From Emiliania huxleyi CCMP1516 (Eukaryota): a DNA stretch of 64,000 nt. The translations under genes and the position numbers were made by a program. The stretch is taken from assembly GCF_000372725.1 (NCBI RefSeq), contig NW_005201192.1:372001-436000 (forward strand), read 5' to 3'. The stretch's first letter is position 1; each line of letters starts with the position of its first letter. The notes under the pieces were generated by a model that saw only the letters and a program-made list of their open reading frames with translations, ran no database searches and had not been told where the DNA came from. Below are positions 1 to 16,168 of the stretch, piece after piece.

Positions 1-3000
1 CTCGTCTTCAGAGGCGAGGGCCTTCACCATCGCCGCGCGGAGGGGGCCGCCCCGCGCGAGTGAGTAGCGCTTCTCGAATGGCAACTTGGCGACCCCCGAC
101 TTCGCATCGACGCTACCCCGCGGCGCCTGGTCGACGTGCGCACCGAGCACGTCGACGCTGCAACCCAACGTCGACTTCTTGCCCAATAGCTTGAGCTTAT
201 CGCGCGCAGCCGCTGAGGTGACACGCGCACTCTCGAGTCGCACCTCGAGCGCTCGCTCCGCCGCCGCCGCCCGCGCGTGCGCGCTAGCAAGCGCTGCCTG
301 GCCCCGCAAGGTCATAGTGAGGGTTCCCACGGACTGACCCTGCGTGTTGAGGACCTTCAGGTCTTGCCTACTCACAGCACGAAGGGGAGATCGTGCCTCA
401 CTAGCCCTGTCTGCTAAGAGTGCGAGGTCATACCTCAGCGGATCGGTGGCCCCCGCGGCGACGAAGCCGCCGAGCGGGTAGCGGCAGAGCCCCACCTCCA
501 CGTCCGCGCCAGAGGCGGGGTCCCTCTGCATGACGTGCAAATGCACCTCTCCGTCCTCCTATGGGCGTGACAGTCATTTGCTATGAGCGTAGTGTGGTTG
601 CCCACGACACAACGCCGGCACAGCCGCCTCGTCGGTGCTGCTCTGGGCCGCAACGAGCGCGACTGCCAGCGGGGAACGGGCGTCGCAAGCATACCGTTGC
701 TCGAAACCGAGTTGCATTGCCGTACCGGCGCGCGGCGTCGCCTCCGCTGTGCGCGCCTACAGCGACCGCGTCACACTTACAGCCATTGTAGCATGCAAGC
801 CGATGGTTCTCGCCCTGACGCGCTTCGTCGGCGCCGAGCACGTCAACCGTCACCCACGTGGGCCATGCGCGCGGCGCCTCGAGCCGCAGACCACTCAGGC
901 CGAGCGAGAGGTTGGTAGCAGCGGCCGCCACGCGCATTGCGCGCAGCGCTGCGAGCGCGCGGACACTTGCCGTGATTGCGCCAACCTCGACGCCTTTTGC
1001 GCCTACAGCTCAGTCAACCTCGCGTGATCTAGGCGATCCCCGTGATTGCGCCGGCTTCAGCCTATTGCGCCGAGTAGCTGTAGCTGGGCCGCCTCGAGGT
1101 CGTACCCCTTGTTCAGAACCTCGCGCAGCGAGATGCGTGCAACGCCCACCTCTGTCTTTCCTCGCATTGCATGCAGTACAACCTCGGGCGCCGCGGCGTC
1201 GGGCGAGGCGAGGCCGGCAGTGAGAGCACGCGCCAACTTCGAGCCCTGCCGCACGTCGAGCTGCTTCGACCAACTGATCGGGACGGCACCTCCAGCGGCG
1301 GGAAGAACGGACTCGCTGCGCGCCGAGAAGCAGCTCGCCACATCGATGAGCAGGCTCACGCCCTCCTTCCCCTTGGGCGGCTTCTTGAGTTGGAGGGGGC
1401 CAACCTTGAGCTCGACCTCCGATGCCTCCAGCTCGGCCTCGATCTGGAGCATGGGAGTGAGCGCCGCTATAGAGCACTCGAGCTCGCCCACCTAAGCGGC
1501 GGGCGGAAAGGGCTTGCGATCGGCCGCGGCGGCGCGGCGTGGGGCCCCTCTCCTTGCGGGATGGGCGGCAGGGATAGCACAACCTTTCTGGAGGACTTGC
1601 CCGCCGTGACGTCCAGGACGAGCGACGGCTGGTCGCGGCCCTGCTCGAGCAGCTCCTCCAACTCGTAGCTCGCAACGCCCAACTCGACCTCGCCGCCGGC
1701 GGCGTCGAAGCCGAGCACGGCAAAGAGCACCTCAGAGTCGTCCTTCCGGTCGGTGGTCCGCATCGCCTCCGTCACCGCCGCTCGGAGCTCTGTGTCGCGC
1801 CCCATGGGGTAGCTGTGGTCGAAGGAGAGTGCAGCGGCACCACTCTGCAGAGGGACAGGCTCCGAGCGAAGCGGCTCGTCCTCGCCGGGCAGGTCGAGCT
1901 CAATGCAAACGCTAACGGCCGCGCTGCTTCCGGTGAGCTTGAGGGAGGATAGGGCAATGCGCAGATCTCCAATTCCGGCGCTGGCCACATCGACCTTACT
2001 GCTAGCTCCGCCAGAGGGCGGCGCAGCAGTGGGCTCTGCGGTGGTCGAAGCCAAAGGCACCTCAGTAGCAGGAAGAGGAGCAGCAGGAGCAGCAGGAGCA
2101 GCAGGAGCAGCAGGAGCAGCAGGAGCAGCAGGAGCAGCAGGAGCAGCAGGAGCAGCAGGAGCAGCAGGAGCAGGAGCGTCGGTGGAGGGTCCAAGCGTGG
2201 ATGCAGTCGCAGCAGCTTTCACCTCAGTGGCAGCGGCGGATGGTGTCGCAGCTAACGTCGAGGCGGTGGGCGCCGCTTTGGTAGCTTCTGCCGGCGGCGC
2301 CTGAGCATTGGCGGGCACCACCGCCCCCGCACGGCCCGCAATTGCCCTCATCGCAGCCAGCGCCGAGATCGCCACCGTCAGCTCACCCACCTTGGCGCCT
2401 GCCGTGTCGAGGACAGGCAGCGGCACGGCGGCGAGGTCGGCCTTGTCGTCATGGAGGAGGCTGCGCAAACTGTAGGCGGCGGCACCGACCTCCCGCGCCT
2501 CCTCGCCCGCCTTCTCCGTGACCAACACGTGCAGCCTCACCTCCGAGTCGCCTCGCCCCTCGCCGTGAGACTGGAGTGCCGCTGCGAGTGCCGCCGCAAC
2601 TGGAGTACCGTCACCCACGTCGAACGTCTTTTGGTAGTCGATCTGGCACTTCTTTCCCGCTGGTGCAAGGGGCGTGCCCAAGTCGCGCAGCACCGATGCG
2701 CCTATATAGGTATCAGACACACGTCGCTCAGGTCTCGGCGTAGGTCTCGAAGACCCAGATATCGAAGCTCCGCGCGCCACTCTTGGACCGCTTCTTCTCT
2801 CCGGGCAGCTCCACTGCCAGCTGCGCTGTGGCGCGCCTTCGAGAGACGCAAGGAAGGATTTTGAGGGCAAAGTGGACGACCGGTGGATCAGAGTGTTGGG
2901 GTGAGCGCACCCTTTTGTCAGAGTGCTCTTGGCGGCCCCCTTCTTCGCAAGGACTCCCTTGACGAGGGTGAGCTTGCCGACCGACACTTGGACCTCAGTC

Positions 3001-4969
3001 GCGCTCGCAGGCTTCTCGGCGCCTGATGGCGCGGCAAAAGCGGCCGACCCGGCCCCGACCTCCGCTTGCATCGCTCGCAAAGTTTCGAGGACGGCAAGCG
3101 AGCCTGTGAGGTGGCCGATGACGCCTCCGGCCCCGCCGTTTGCACGCACCTCCATCTCGCTGTCCTCGAGGTCATTGCCCCGCTGGAGCAAGGACTCGAG
3201 GTTGAGAGTGGCGATGCCCAGCTCCTCCTCCGCGCCACCGTCCGCGCCGACGCACAGCAGAACGAGGAGGATGTCTGAGTCCTCCCTCGCCTAAATCACT
3301 TAATCAACTCTCATGGAACACCACCGCATCAGAGTACCGTATCCGAGTCCCCGACGCGCCGGAGAGCGGATCGCCTCGGCCACCGCCGTGTGCAGGTTGG
3401 AGCCGTGGTGGCAGGCGTACCCGTGCTCCCAGGAAATTTGCGCGACGCCGTCCCCAAATGGTGCCGGGCCACTCCGGAGCAACGGGTCGTCGCCCGGCAG
3501 GTCCACCTCCACGACCAGTGCGCCGCCCGGCGGCACGCGTGACGCAGCCTCTGGAAGAAGCGAAGCGCCGCTCAGCCGCACCGTCAGCTTTCCACCGCCC
3601 GACGCCGAACCAACGTTGGACGCCGAAGCCTCAGCCACGGGCTCAGGCTCAGGCACGCCAGCCAGCCGACGCAATAGCGGCAAGCCCGCGAGGCGCATCA
3701 CTGCCGAGCCGAGATGCTGCGTTGCGTCTGCAGAGCGATTGTCCGACGAGCTGCCGACGCCGGCTCGCACAGTGAGAGGTATCTCAGCGGTGGCGCCGCG
3801 TAGCGAGAGCAGCGCCGGGAGGAGGGCCTCCGCGGTCGCGTAGACGGCGGCGGGGGCGCCTCGCTTCCCGTCGATGGCGAGCGTGAGGGTGACGACGGCG
3901 TCGTCGTGCTCGAGAGTGGGGAGCTGCGCCGCCATTGCCTTAATTGCAGGAGTGGGTGGCCCTCACTGACTATCAAGAGCACGGGGCTACGTGTTTGATC
4001 ATCTAGGCGCGTGCACCTTGCGCAGTCGGCTCTTTGACTCGCACGGGAAGATGGCGGACCAACCAGAATCTGCGTGGAGCGACTTGTCGAGCCGGAGCGG
4101 TGCCGGCGTGCTCTGAGGCTCGAGGCCGAGAATGTCCAGCGTCGCACGGAGCGCCGGGACCTTGGCCTTCCCCGCTGCTGCCGCCGCAGCATCCAGCGAG
4201 AGCGACATCAGCGACACGACGAGCGCTTCGGTCGGAGCCGCCCGCTCCGCGGCTGCCGCGGCAGCGGAAGCGGCGGTGGATGGGACGGGCGAGGCGGGGG
4301 AGGACGGTGCTGCAGCAGTGGCGGCAGCGGCCTGCTTGGGAGGCTCTTCTCCGTCTGGAGGAGGAGGGGCGAGCGCCCGCATCGCTGCGATCGCGGCGAC
4401 CGACACAGTGAGTGTTCCGACTGGCGCATCACCGGAGGCGCTGCGGATGGGGAGGGAGGCTCCGGAGGCATCCTTGCCCCCAGCGAGGAGAGCCTCGAGG
4501 GATAGCTTTGCCAGCCCGATCTCTGTGCCCGCGTCCTGGCAACAGCGGCGCGATCAGGGGTCGGGGGGGGGGGGGGGGGGGACTGGATCTTGCAAAACGA
4601 TCACCATGAATGGGTGCGAGTTTGGCTGGCAGGTGTGTCGGCTTCCTGCCCACTGCCGTCGGCGGCCAGCACCACAAACAGAATCTCGGAGTCAGCCTCC
4701 TCCTCGGTGGCGAGTGCCTCGGCGAGCGCCTCCCGCAGCGGCGTGCCTGGCCCACACTCGTACGCCTGGTCGAAGCCGAGTGCCGCACTGCCCTTGCGTA
4801 GTTTGACTGGCTTGCTTCGCAGTGGCACGTCCTCCCCCGGCATGTCCACCTCCACAGTCACCGATTCGTGCGGCGCCGCGGCCGCATTGAGCGAGAGCGT
4901 GCTGAGTCTGACGCGGACGACGCTCGCCGCCGCGCCCGCGCTCGACTTGCTGCGCAGCAGGGTCGACAT
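1..4969 (-). CDS. Multi-exon protein with >=8 tandem RPGRIP1 C-terminal (RID/RPGR1_C)-like C2 domains; 3' end runs off the window
   Basis: A ~130-aa unit recurs: V(E)VDxPG-D-PLRS...FD(H/Q)xY...L-A-DSEV/ILF-VL...ELG-A-Y-LxxLLxxGxD...L-V...G-LxVxxxAxxAMRA. It resembles the RPGRIP1/RPGRIP1L C-terminal C2 domain (e.g. GGEVELGVASYELEELLEQGRD; EEELGIATLNLESLLQRGNDLE...IGHLTGSLAVLETLRAM). ATG at 4969; exon boundaries are approximate. Confidence 0.65.
2068..2175. repeat. (GCAGGAGCA)n coding minisatellite encoding (PAA)n linker
   Basis: Direct 9-bp tandem repeat within the C2-repeat gene. Confidence 0.9.
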
Positions 4970-5132
4970 ATGGTGATACGAAGCGTTCGTTCGTTACCTC
5001 TGCTCTTCTATTTGTGTCACGCCGCGCAGATGCGCCTTTTTGTTTCTGTTGCTTCCGAGGACTGGTGAAATTCTGTAAATTCTTTTACAATATACGCACA
5101 ATTCTTTTGAACTCGGCTTCGCCGGCTGCCGA

Positions 5133-8487
<3,355 letters not shown>

Positions 8488-8945
8488 GCGGTGCAGTTGG
8501 CGGCTGAGGCGGAGTGAGGGAGAGAGAACCGTAGAGAGAGAGGACGGAGAGAGAGATCCGAGCCACTACTAGAGCCGATTAGCGGTTGTTTACGACGACA
8601 GCAAATTCACACTTAAAAAAATGTTTACGCGCATTAGCCGTTCAACGGCTAAAACGCGTAAAAGCCGTACGCGAGGCATTTTGTTGCATCTCGGATCTCG
8701 GAGAGAGAGTACGGAGAGAGAGTCAGACATGCCAAGACGCAGAGAGCGGGATCCTGCTAAAGAAGCACACAGCGACGAATGCGGCACCGGCGACGTATGG
8801 CAGGCTGGTCATGACGCAGTTATAGGGTGTTGTGTGCCGTCAGAGTGACTCTCTCTGTGTCAGGGATACGGCTTTAGTCAGGGCCGTCCATCAGAGCTCC
8901 AGCGCATGCAGTAAGCTCGGAGACACCCCATTAGCGCGGCTCGAC

Positions 8946-9452
8946 TTAGGGTACCCCTAGGCTTAAAAGGGTGGGCCCTGGGGCGCCTGCGGCTTAAACG
9001 GCTTCAAACCTGCCATGGCCGGTTGATGGCCGGTTTTAAGAGCTGCTGGGCCGCCGATTCCTTAAACGGTCTTAAACGCTTAAACGGTGCGGGAGAGCTC
9101 CCGAGGTCGATGGTCCGGGAGGCTCCCCGGTAGACGCCGGAGGCCGGGAAGCTGGCTGGGGCTACAGTCAGCCGTAGCACGCGTCCCCTATGCGAGTATG
9201 GCTCCTGCCAGTGCACCAGACTTACAGATGTGTCTTCAGTGGCGGGTTTGTGCCTAAATAACGGCAGTATTGGAGAAACCGGCGCAAAACCCAGCGACGC
9301 GCGTGCCGGTGAGGCCGATTTTCTTAAACGGACTTAAAAGAGGGACCCCCCGTGCCTGCAATCTCTTAAATGACAATTTGAGCCCCAAAACCTCCTCATT
9401 TCTTAAAAGGTCTTAAAACAATCCGGCCCTCAGAACCCTAGGGGTACCCTAA
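8946..9452. mobile_element. MITE with 16-bp TIR (TTAGGGTACCCCTAGG) and 10-bp TSD GCGGCTCGAC
   Basis: Perfect TIR; TSD at 8936-8945 and 9453-9462. The empty site is present in the paralogous copy near 49550-49575. Internal CTTAAA motifs recur. Confidence 0.9.
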
Positions 9453-9534
9453 GCGGCTCGACCTCTTTGAGTCACTGCCTTCCCGGCGGTTTGGCTGTAC
9501 CTGTAGAGCCTCTACAACAAACTCTACACAGCAA

Positions 9535-9658
9535 GAGAGCGCCATCCTTGATCGCCGTGCAAAGCTCGCTTCCAAGCTCTCACGCCGCGCGTAGGGCCCT
9601 TAGGGGCCTAAAGAACACAACCCCCTCTCCCTCTTCTCCCAGTAAGCTAAAAGTACGT
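9535..9658 (+). mobile_element. 5'-truncated non-LTR retroelement 3' end, 7-bp TSD ACAGCAA
   Basis: Near-identical to 32380-32495; TSD at 9528-9534 and 9659-9665; AAGTAC-type tail. Confidence 0.75.
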
Positions 9659-10456
9659 ACAGCAAAATCGCGCTCTCTACAATCGCTCTATCTACATACA
9701 ACGCGCACGCAGTTCGTCCCGCGCCGGATGTAGAGCTCTACAGCTCTACAGCGCTCCAGAGCGCTCTACACATCTACAGCTCTACAACGCTCTACACTCT
9801 ACATCCTCTTCACCCTCCCTCAGGGGGGAGTGAGTGTGTGTGAGTGAGGTGGTTGTGGTTGGTGTAACGTTGTCCCGTTTCAGGCGGCAGGTCAGGGGAT
9901 TAGCCGGGAGGGTTCGGCAGCTCAGTCGAGGGCGAGCGTCTGTAGGTATCCCTCAGGTATTCTTTTCCTAGCGCGCGCAGCGCGCGCGCGTTGGGTGCGT
10001 GCAATAGCTGTGTGCACTTGGAGCACGTACCCGGGTACTTGCGTTTTGACCGCGCAAGATAAAAGGGTGGCTAAGGGCTCTGCCCGCAAGGCGCCCGCGT
10101 CGCAGACGCGGTACCATTGACAAATCTGCAATATACCCCCACACGAACAAATAGCAAAATCCGAATACCGTGCACGAATCCGGCGATGTGGGCCGTGCAA
10201 GCCTTCAGCTGGTGCCAACACGGATGGATTTGCCGACGGGCAAGCCGTCTCATTGGCGCCCCTCCCCCCCCCCTAAGCAGCCCGTCGATGCAGGTGGCCC
10301 GCGCGGCCACGGCCGCAACGACGCGTCGCCGGCGGCGCTCACTCGAGCCCGAGCCCTCCGCGACGGCAACGCCAGGTCGTCGCGTCCGCCCCGCCAGCCC
10401 TTGAGCACGCCTCCCGCATACCGATGACTGCACTCGGCGTCCACCGGCGGGGGACC

Positions 10457-11279
10457 ATGGAGGAGCGGTCAGCAGTCTCGACTGCTCCACCGGCTCCTCC
10501 ACAGGCTCTCGCCGTCGGCCCCGGCGCGCTGCGACGGCGCGCCGCCGGCTCCCACCGCGGCGTCCGAGCTGGAGGGAAAGGTGACGCACCTGATGGAGCT
10601 GCTCAAGGCGCATCAGTCGCGGGACGCGGAGGCGTCGCGGCTGCAGCAAGCGCTGCAGTGCCAGGAGGAGGCGGACGCCGCCAAGCTCGTCGAGCTGATG
10701 CGACGGCAGGAGGCGGCGAGCGCGGCGGCGGTCGAGGAGGCCAAGGCTGCGATCGAGGCGCAGCTGGTCGAGCGATTCCGCGAGGAGCAGGCGGCGGCGG
10801 CGGAGGCGCACTCAGCGCAGCTGCAGCAGCTGAGCGCGGAGCACTCGACGCAGCTGCAGCAGGCAGCGGCCCTCCTGGAGGCGCAGGCGCGCGAGAAGTT
10901 TGAGACGGCGGTCGCGCACGAGAGGGTGATTGGAGCAGGCGGTGCTCGCAGAGAGGCTGGTGAGCGGAACCTCTCCCCTCCCGCCTCCCCGCCCGCCTTC
11001 CCTCCCGCCTCCCGCCTCGACTCCCCTGCCTCACTCCTCCCGACCCATCCCTCACTCCTCACTCCGCCCGCCTCTCCTCTCCCCTCCCTCCTCCCCTCCT
11101 CCCCTCCCCCTCCCCTCTCCTCCTCCCCTCCCCCCCTCCCCATTCCCCCTTCCTCTCGCCTCGCGCCCAGCCCAGCCCCGCCACCTCACCGCCCTCCCAG
11201 GCGTATCTCTCCGCCCTCAAGCAGCTCGAGCTCGACGTCGACGTGCTCACACGCGTCCTGGCGCCTACTGTATACTTGA
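10457..11279 (+). pseudogene. Frameshifted coiled-coil gene fragment, possibly MIC60/mitofilin-like
   Basis: Long A/E/Q heptad coiled coil (LMELLKAHQSRDAEASRLQQALQCQEEADAAKLVE...AVAHER). Apparent frameshifts near 10530 and 10930 lead to EQAVLAERL|intron|AYLSALKQLELDVDVL. The family assignment is weak. Confidence 0.35.
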
Positions 11280-11611
11280 TGCAGAGCTTTCCGACGTCAT
11301 TGTGTTTGCCGCTCCGCGCTCGACGCCTGCCGCCGCGCGAGCCCGCGCGCCACCCCTTTTGCGCAGCAACACCTTAAATTTCATGGCCCTCCAAATTCGG
11401 GTCGGAGCGTAGCGGAGTGGGCCCCGAGTTTGAAAACGGCGACGGACGCTTGCGTCCTAGCCGCCAACAACGCCTCCCCGGCGCAGAGGGGCCCCCGGAG
11501 GGATGCTCAACCGCTCCACGCCACGCCGCTTGCGGCGGTCCTATTCCACGCTCGCGGGCCCCGCTTCTTATTTGCCCATCCCACAGCTGATTCTCAGCGT
11601 GCCCTCCGGTC

Positions 11612-12714
11612 ATGCCGTCGAGCCGCGCCAGCTGCTCCGAGGCAGGGCCGTCGGACGACGGCGCAGCTTCGTTTGACGTGCGCGATCTCTCTCCCGCGGC
11701 CGAGTGGCGTCAGCTGAGCGACGGCGGCTACTCAGAGGTGTGCGGCGAGCCGCATCGCCGCTTCCTTAGAGCAGCTCTGAGTGGTGTGGCATGCGGCTCC
11801 GCAGGTGTACAAGGCGCGGCTTCTCGGCGTGACCGTCGCCGTCAAGCAGGCCACCAGCCGCAAGAAGACCTCCGGCGAGGCGCTCATGCGTGAAGTCCGC
11901 TACCTCCGCCTCGCTGGTGCGCACCCAAACATCGTGACAGCGTTCGGCGCGTTCGCGGAGGGGGGGCGGCTGCACCTGGTCCTCGAGTACGCGCGGCACT
12001 GCCTGCGCAACGACCGCGTCGCCCGCCAGATCGACCCGATCCTCACCCTCGCCGGCGTGCTGCGCGCGTTGGTGCGGCTGCACTCGCTCGGAATCGTGCA
12101 CAGAGACCTCAAGGCGCGCCACCACCCGCCCCTCGCCCCTCGCCCTCGCCCCTCGCCCGGCCCCTGGCCGACTCCGACTCCGCCGCCTCCCTCAGGCAAG
12201 AAACGTCCTCGTCGCCGGCGCCGCCCTCCCGCCCTCCGCCTCGCCGCCTGCCCGCAGGCTGCGCGTGCGACGCCGCTCCCGTGCCCCCCCTCAGGCGAGA
12301 ACCGGGCGATGCTGATCGACTTTGGCCTCGCCTGCCACGTCCCCCAGGACCCGAGCGACTGGGTCGGCCGCACCGTCGGCACCAAGAAGCGCCGACCCCT
12401 CCCACCAAATGCCGGCTGGGCAAGGAGGCGCTGGCTTGACCCTCTGCGGCTGTGAGCAGGTACCGCCCTCCAGAGATGAGGGACGGGCGGGCGGCGACGA
12501 GCGCGATCGACGTGCGCCCGCCCTCCCGTCGGGGCCGCCACTCCCCCGCTGCGGAGAGAGGGCGTGCGTGCACGCGGCTGTGTTGGTCGCAGGTGTACTG
12601 CTTCGGACTGATGGTGCACAAGCTGCTGCGGCAGCGCGAGCGTGCGTCGCTCGACTCGCCGCCGCGCTCGGACGGCGGCCGCGCGGAGAGGCGCCTGCGG
12701 GAGTGGTGGTGGGT

Positions 12715-12745
<31 letters not shown>

Positions 12746-13510
12746 GCTCCCGCACATCGGGCGTCGGCGGAGGGAGGGAGGGGCTCTAAAAACCCTCAGG
12801 AGGGGCTCAGGAGGGGCTCCCTGCCTGCTGCCCCAGGGGGGACTGCAAGCTGCTGCACAACGTTGGGGAGCACTGCACCCAGCACACTCCGGAGGACCGG
12901 CCNNNNNNNNNNNNNNNNNNNNNNNNNNNNNNNNNNNNNNNNNNNNNNNNNNNNNNNNNNNNNNNNNNNNNNNNNNNNNNNNNNNNNNNNNNNNNNNNNN
13001 NNAACTTGCTCAGGCGCCACCAAAAGTGGGCCTCCCCCCCCCCCCCCCCCAATCCCACCACCACCACCAACCACCACCACACCACCACCAACCACCACCA
13101 CCACAACCACAACCACACCACCACCACCACCACCACAACCACACCACCACCACCACCACCACCAAGCACCACCACCTGCCCCCTCCGCAGGCACGCCGGC
13201 GAGGCAGTCGAGCGCTGCAACGACACGCGCACTCTCGTGCCGCTCTCCGCGGCGGCGGCGGCCGAGGCGGCGGCGGGGGGCGAGGGCTGCGGCGGCGGCG
13301 AGGGCGCGGCAGGTGCTCGCGGCGGGGGAGGGGCGGGGGTGGGTCGGCCTCACCGGAGCCGGGGCGGGGTGCACCGTAGGCTCTGGCGAGGACCGCTCCC
13401 GCTCGAGGGGTGGCTCTGCCTCTGCCGACAACCACAACACGACCGGCAACAAGCGCAGGAGCCGGCCGGAGGCGGAGGCGTCGGCAGCCAAGCGCGGCCG
13501 GCCCGCGTGA
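11612..13510 (+). CDS. Ser/Thr protein kinase, multi-exon, spans an assembly gap
   Basis: DGGYSE|VYKA, VAVK, HPNIV, LVLEY, HRDLK|ARNVL (GC-AG intron 12114-12195), DFGLA, VGTKK|YRPPE, ID|VYCFG. The C-terminus after the gap is uncertain. Confidence 0.9.
12903..13002. other. Assembly gap (100 N)
   Basis: Run of N. Confidence 1.
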
Positions 13511-14315
13511 GGCATGCGGCGGGAGGGGCAGCCGCTCCGGGCCCTAGGGATGGGGCGACTGTTGGGCCCCTCCTGCTCGCGCGCGTGACGCGCGTCTCCC
13601 TCGTAGCAGCTCTGCTCGTGCGAGCGGTGCCGCACTCTCCACGCTTGCAGCGCGCTGGCGGAGGGCAAGGGTTCCGCCCGCCGCTTCTCCGGCAGGGCGG
13701 GTATGGTGGCCGGCCGATACTGCAGGAACTTTGTGGGTGCACACACACGGCGCGAGATCGGGGATCTTACTTCTTAAGACGCGAGCCGTACTAGCTACTC
13801 GTGGACGTGGTATCCGGCAGGTGTCGTCCGGATTACGGTGTTTCACTCTCCTACGTCTACGGGAGAGAGTGGTAGAGAGTCTCTAGAGAGTCGAGAGAGA
13901 GAGATCGCGCCGCATGTCGCGCCGAGAAGCGAGATGCTCGTGCACCCCGTATCAAGTGGTTTTAATATGACGCCCGACACGAGAGACAACGCGTTGTCGT
14001 TTTTGCTCTGGAACTGGATCATCTCTCATCATCTCGTCTCAACTTCGAGCGCGATCACACACAGTGGCCCGCGCCGAGCCGGGTCGCCGCGTAAGAGTGC
14101 GCCCCGCAACACCAATAAAGCATGCACGAATAGAGAGGCGCCGTCCTTGCGGAGAGCGCCGCGGGCACAGAGAGGGGGCGGGCTAGAGGGTACGCTGGCC
14201 CCCGGCGTACCCTCTTCATCGCAGTGGTAGGGAGGGGAGGGCGGGGAGGAGGGGAGGAGGGAGGAAGCTAGCTAGCTGGAGAGGAAAGAGGCGGCGCAGC
14301 CTCCGACCCGCGCAC

Positions 14316-16128
14316 TCACTGCCCACCAGCGCCCACGTTGAGCAGCAGGTTCTGCCCGCCGCCCGCGCCGCCGCACGGCAGGTAGGTGACGTTGCGCGAG
14401 CGGGCGAGAGTCTCGGCGATGTCCTTGGCCGCCTGCGGATGGGGCGGGGCGGCAGCGGGGCGGTGGCGAGGGAGGGAGGTGGCCGAGGGGGGGAGGTGGC
14501 GGAGGGGGGGAGAAGGCGGAGGGAAGGTGGTAGCGGAGGGAGGGTGGTGGCGGCGTGTGTCTTTGCGCCTCGATGCGGCGCAGCTCGACGAGGGCGGGCG
14601 AGATATGGGGAGATATGGGGAGATATGGGGAGGTATGGGGAGGTATGGGGAGATGTACACCTCGATGCGGCGCAGCTCGACGAGGGCGGGCGAGTCCTCC
14701 AGCGCCTGCGAGACGAGGCCAGCCGCCTCGGACTCGCCCTCCGCCTTGATGATGGAGGCCTACGCGGCACGGCGCGGAGGAGTGGTGGCGTCTCCTCGGC
14801 GGCGACCAGGCCCTCCGCCCTGAGGAGCTGCGCCTGCTTCTCCTGCTCCGCCTTGAGCACCATGAACTTAGCCCGCTCCGCGTCCTGCTCGGCCACCTGC
14901 TTGGACTCGATCGCCGCGGTAAAGTCCTTTCCGAACTTGAGGTCGGTGATGGCGACGTCGTCGAGGTCGATGTGGAAGTCGGCGGCCCGCTTGGTGAGCG
15001 TGGTCCGCACCGTTTTCGACACCTATTCATTGGCGGAGGCGAGGAGCTCCACCCGAGGCCTGAATGCGCCTGGCGCTTGCGGTGCGCGACACCTCGCTCC
15101 GCTGCGTGATGAGCTGCTCCGCGTTGTACTGCGCCACCACCGCCTTGAGAACCTGCAGGGCAAGGGCGTGGCGCGGCGCGCGTGAGGGAATGGAGCCCGC
15201 AGAGCCGCCAGCTGCAGGGGAGGAGAGGAGGAGGGGAGGGGAGGAGGGGAGAGGGGAGGGGAGAGGGGAGGGGCGGGGGCGAGGAGGGAGAGAGGGCGCG
15301 CCTCGTTGCCGATGGAGGGTAGCACGCGCTCGTCGTAGTCGATGCCGAGCGAGGAGAAGATGTCGGGCAGGTGCTCGACCTGGGAAGGGGGGCGCGCGGA
15401 GGGGTATCGGAGGGGTATCGGAGGGGTATCGGAGGGGTATCGGAGGGAGGTCCGAGGCGAGGCGCGCGGTGCGGCGGCGGCAGCGACGGAGAGACGCGAG
15501 GGAAAAGGGGAAGTGGAGAGGTGCGTGGGCGGCGGCGGGCGGCGGCGGGGGAGGGCGGGTAGGCCGTGCACCTGCGGCCGCGAGAGCACGCGCAGGTTGA
15601 TGGTCACCACCTGCAGGTCTTTGGTCCCCGTCGTCGAGGCAATGTTGCGCGGCTGCATCCGGATGTCAAACGTGTGCGGCGTCTGCAGCCACGGGATCCG
15701 GAAGTGCGTCCCCTCGCCGTAGACAGTTTTCTGCGGCGGGAGTGGCGGGAGCGGTGAGTGTACGCCAGCGAGTGCAACGGCGGCGGCGGCGGCGGTCGGT
15801 GGCGGGAGCCCCGAGGGCAGCGGCAGCGCCAAGGGGCGGTGGCGGCGAGGAGTGCAAGCGGGCAGGCGTCGGAGGGGGAGCAGCACGCGCATGCCGCCAC
15901 CGGCGAGCGGTGCGCTGCGGATTCTCCGCTGTCCCTGCCCCGCACGCCACTCTCGCCGGGCTCTCGCTGGTCGCCGCCGCCACGCGCCTGCACGCCGCGA
16001 AGCCGGTCGAACATCACGGCGCGGAAACCGCCGTCGACGTCGTACACCGAGGCCTGGAAGAGACTCACGCCGGCGCCAATGCCGACCGCCGCGCGTGCAA
16101 GGTTGTTGAGCGCCTGAGCTGCGGCCAT
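14316..16128 (-). CDS. PHB: Prohibitin (SPFH/Band 7), multi-exon
   Basis: [121 protein letters not shown]. Confidence 0.97.
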
Positions 16129-16168
16129 GTCGCTGCCCTCTAGAAGCGTCGCGGGCTTCCTCGAGGAA

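Larger units (their letters stand above)
8753..9823. mobile_element. Truncated copy of the CTGAGGGAGGG-TIR / CTCTACA-repeat DNA element, hosting two nested insertions
   Basis: It matches the reverse complement of 49333-49710 and ends in ...CACCCTCCCTCAG (9823). The left TIR is missing. Confidence 0.8.
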
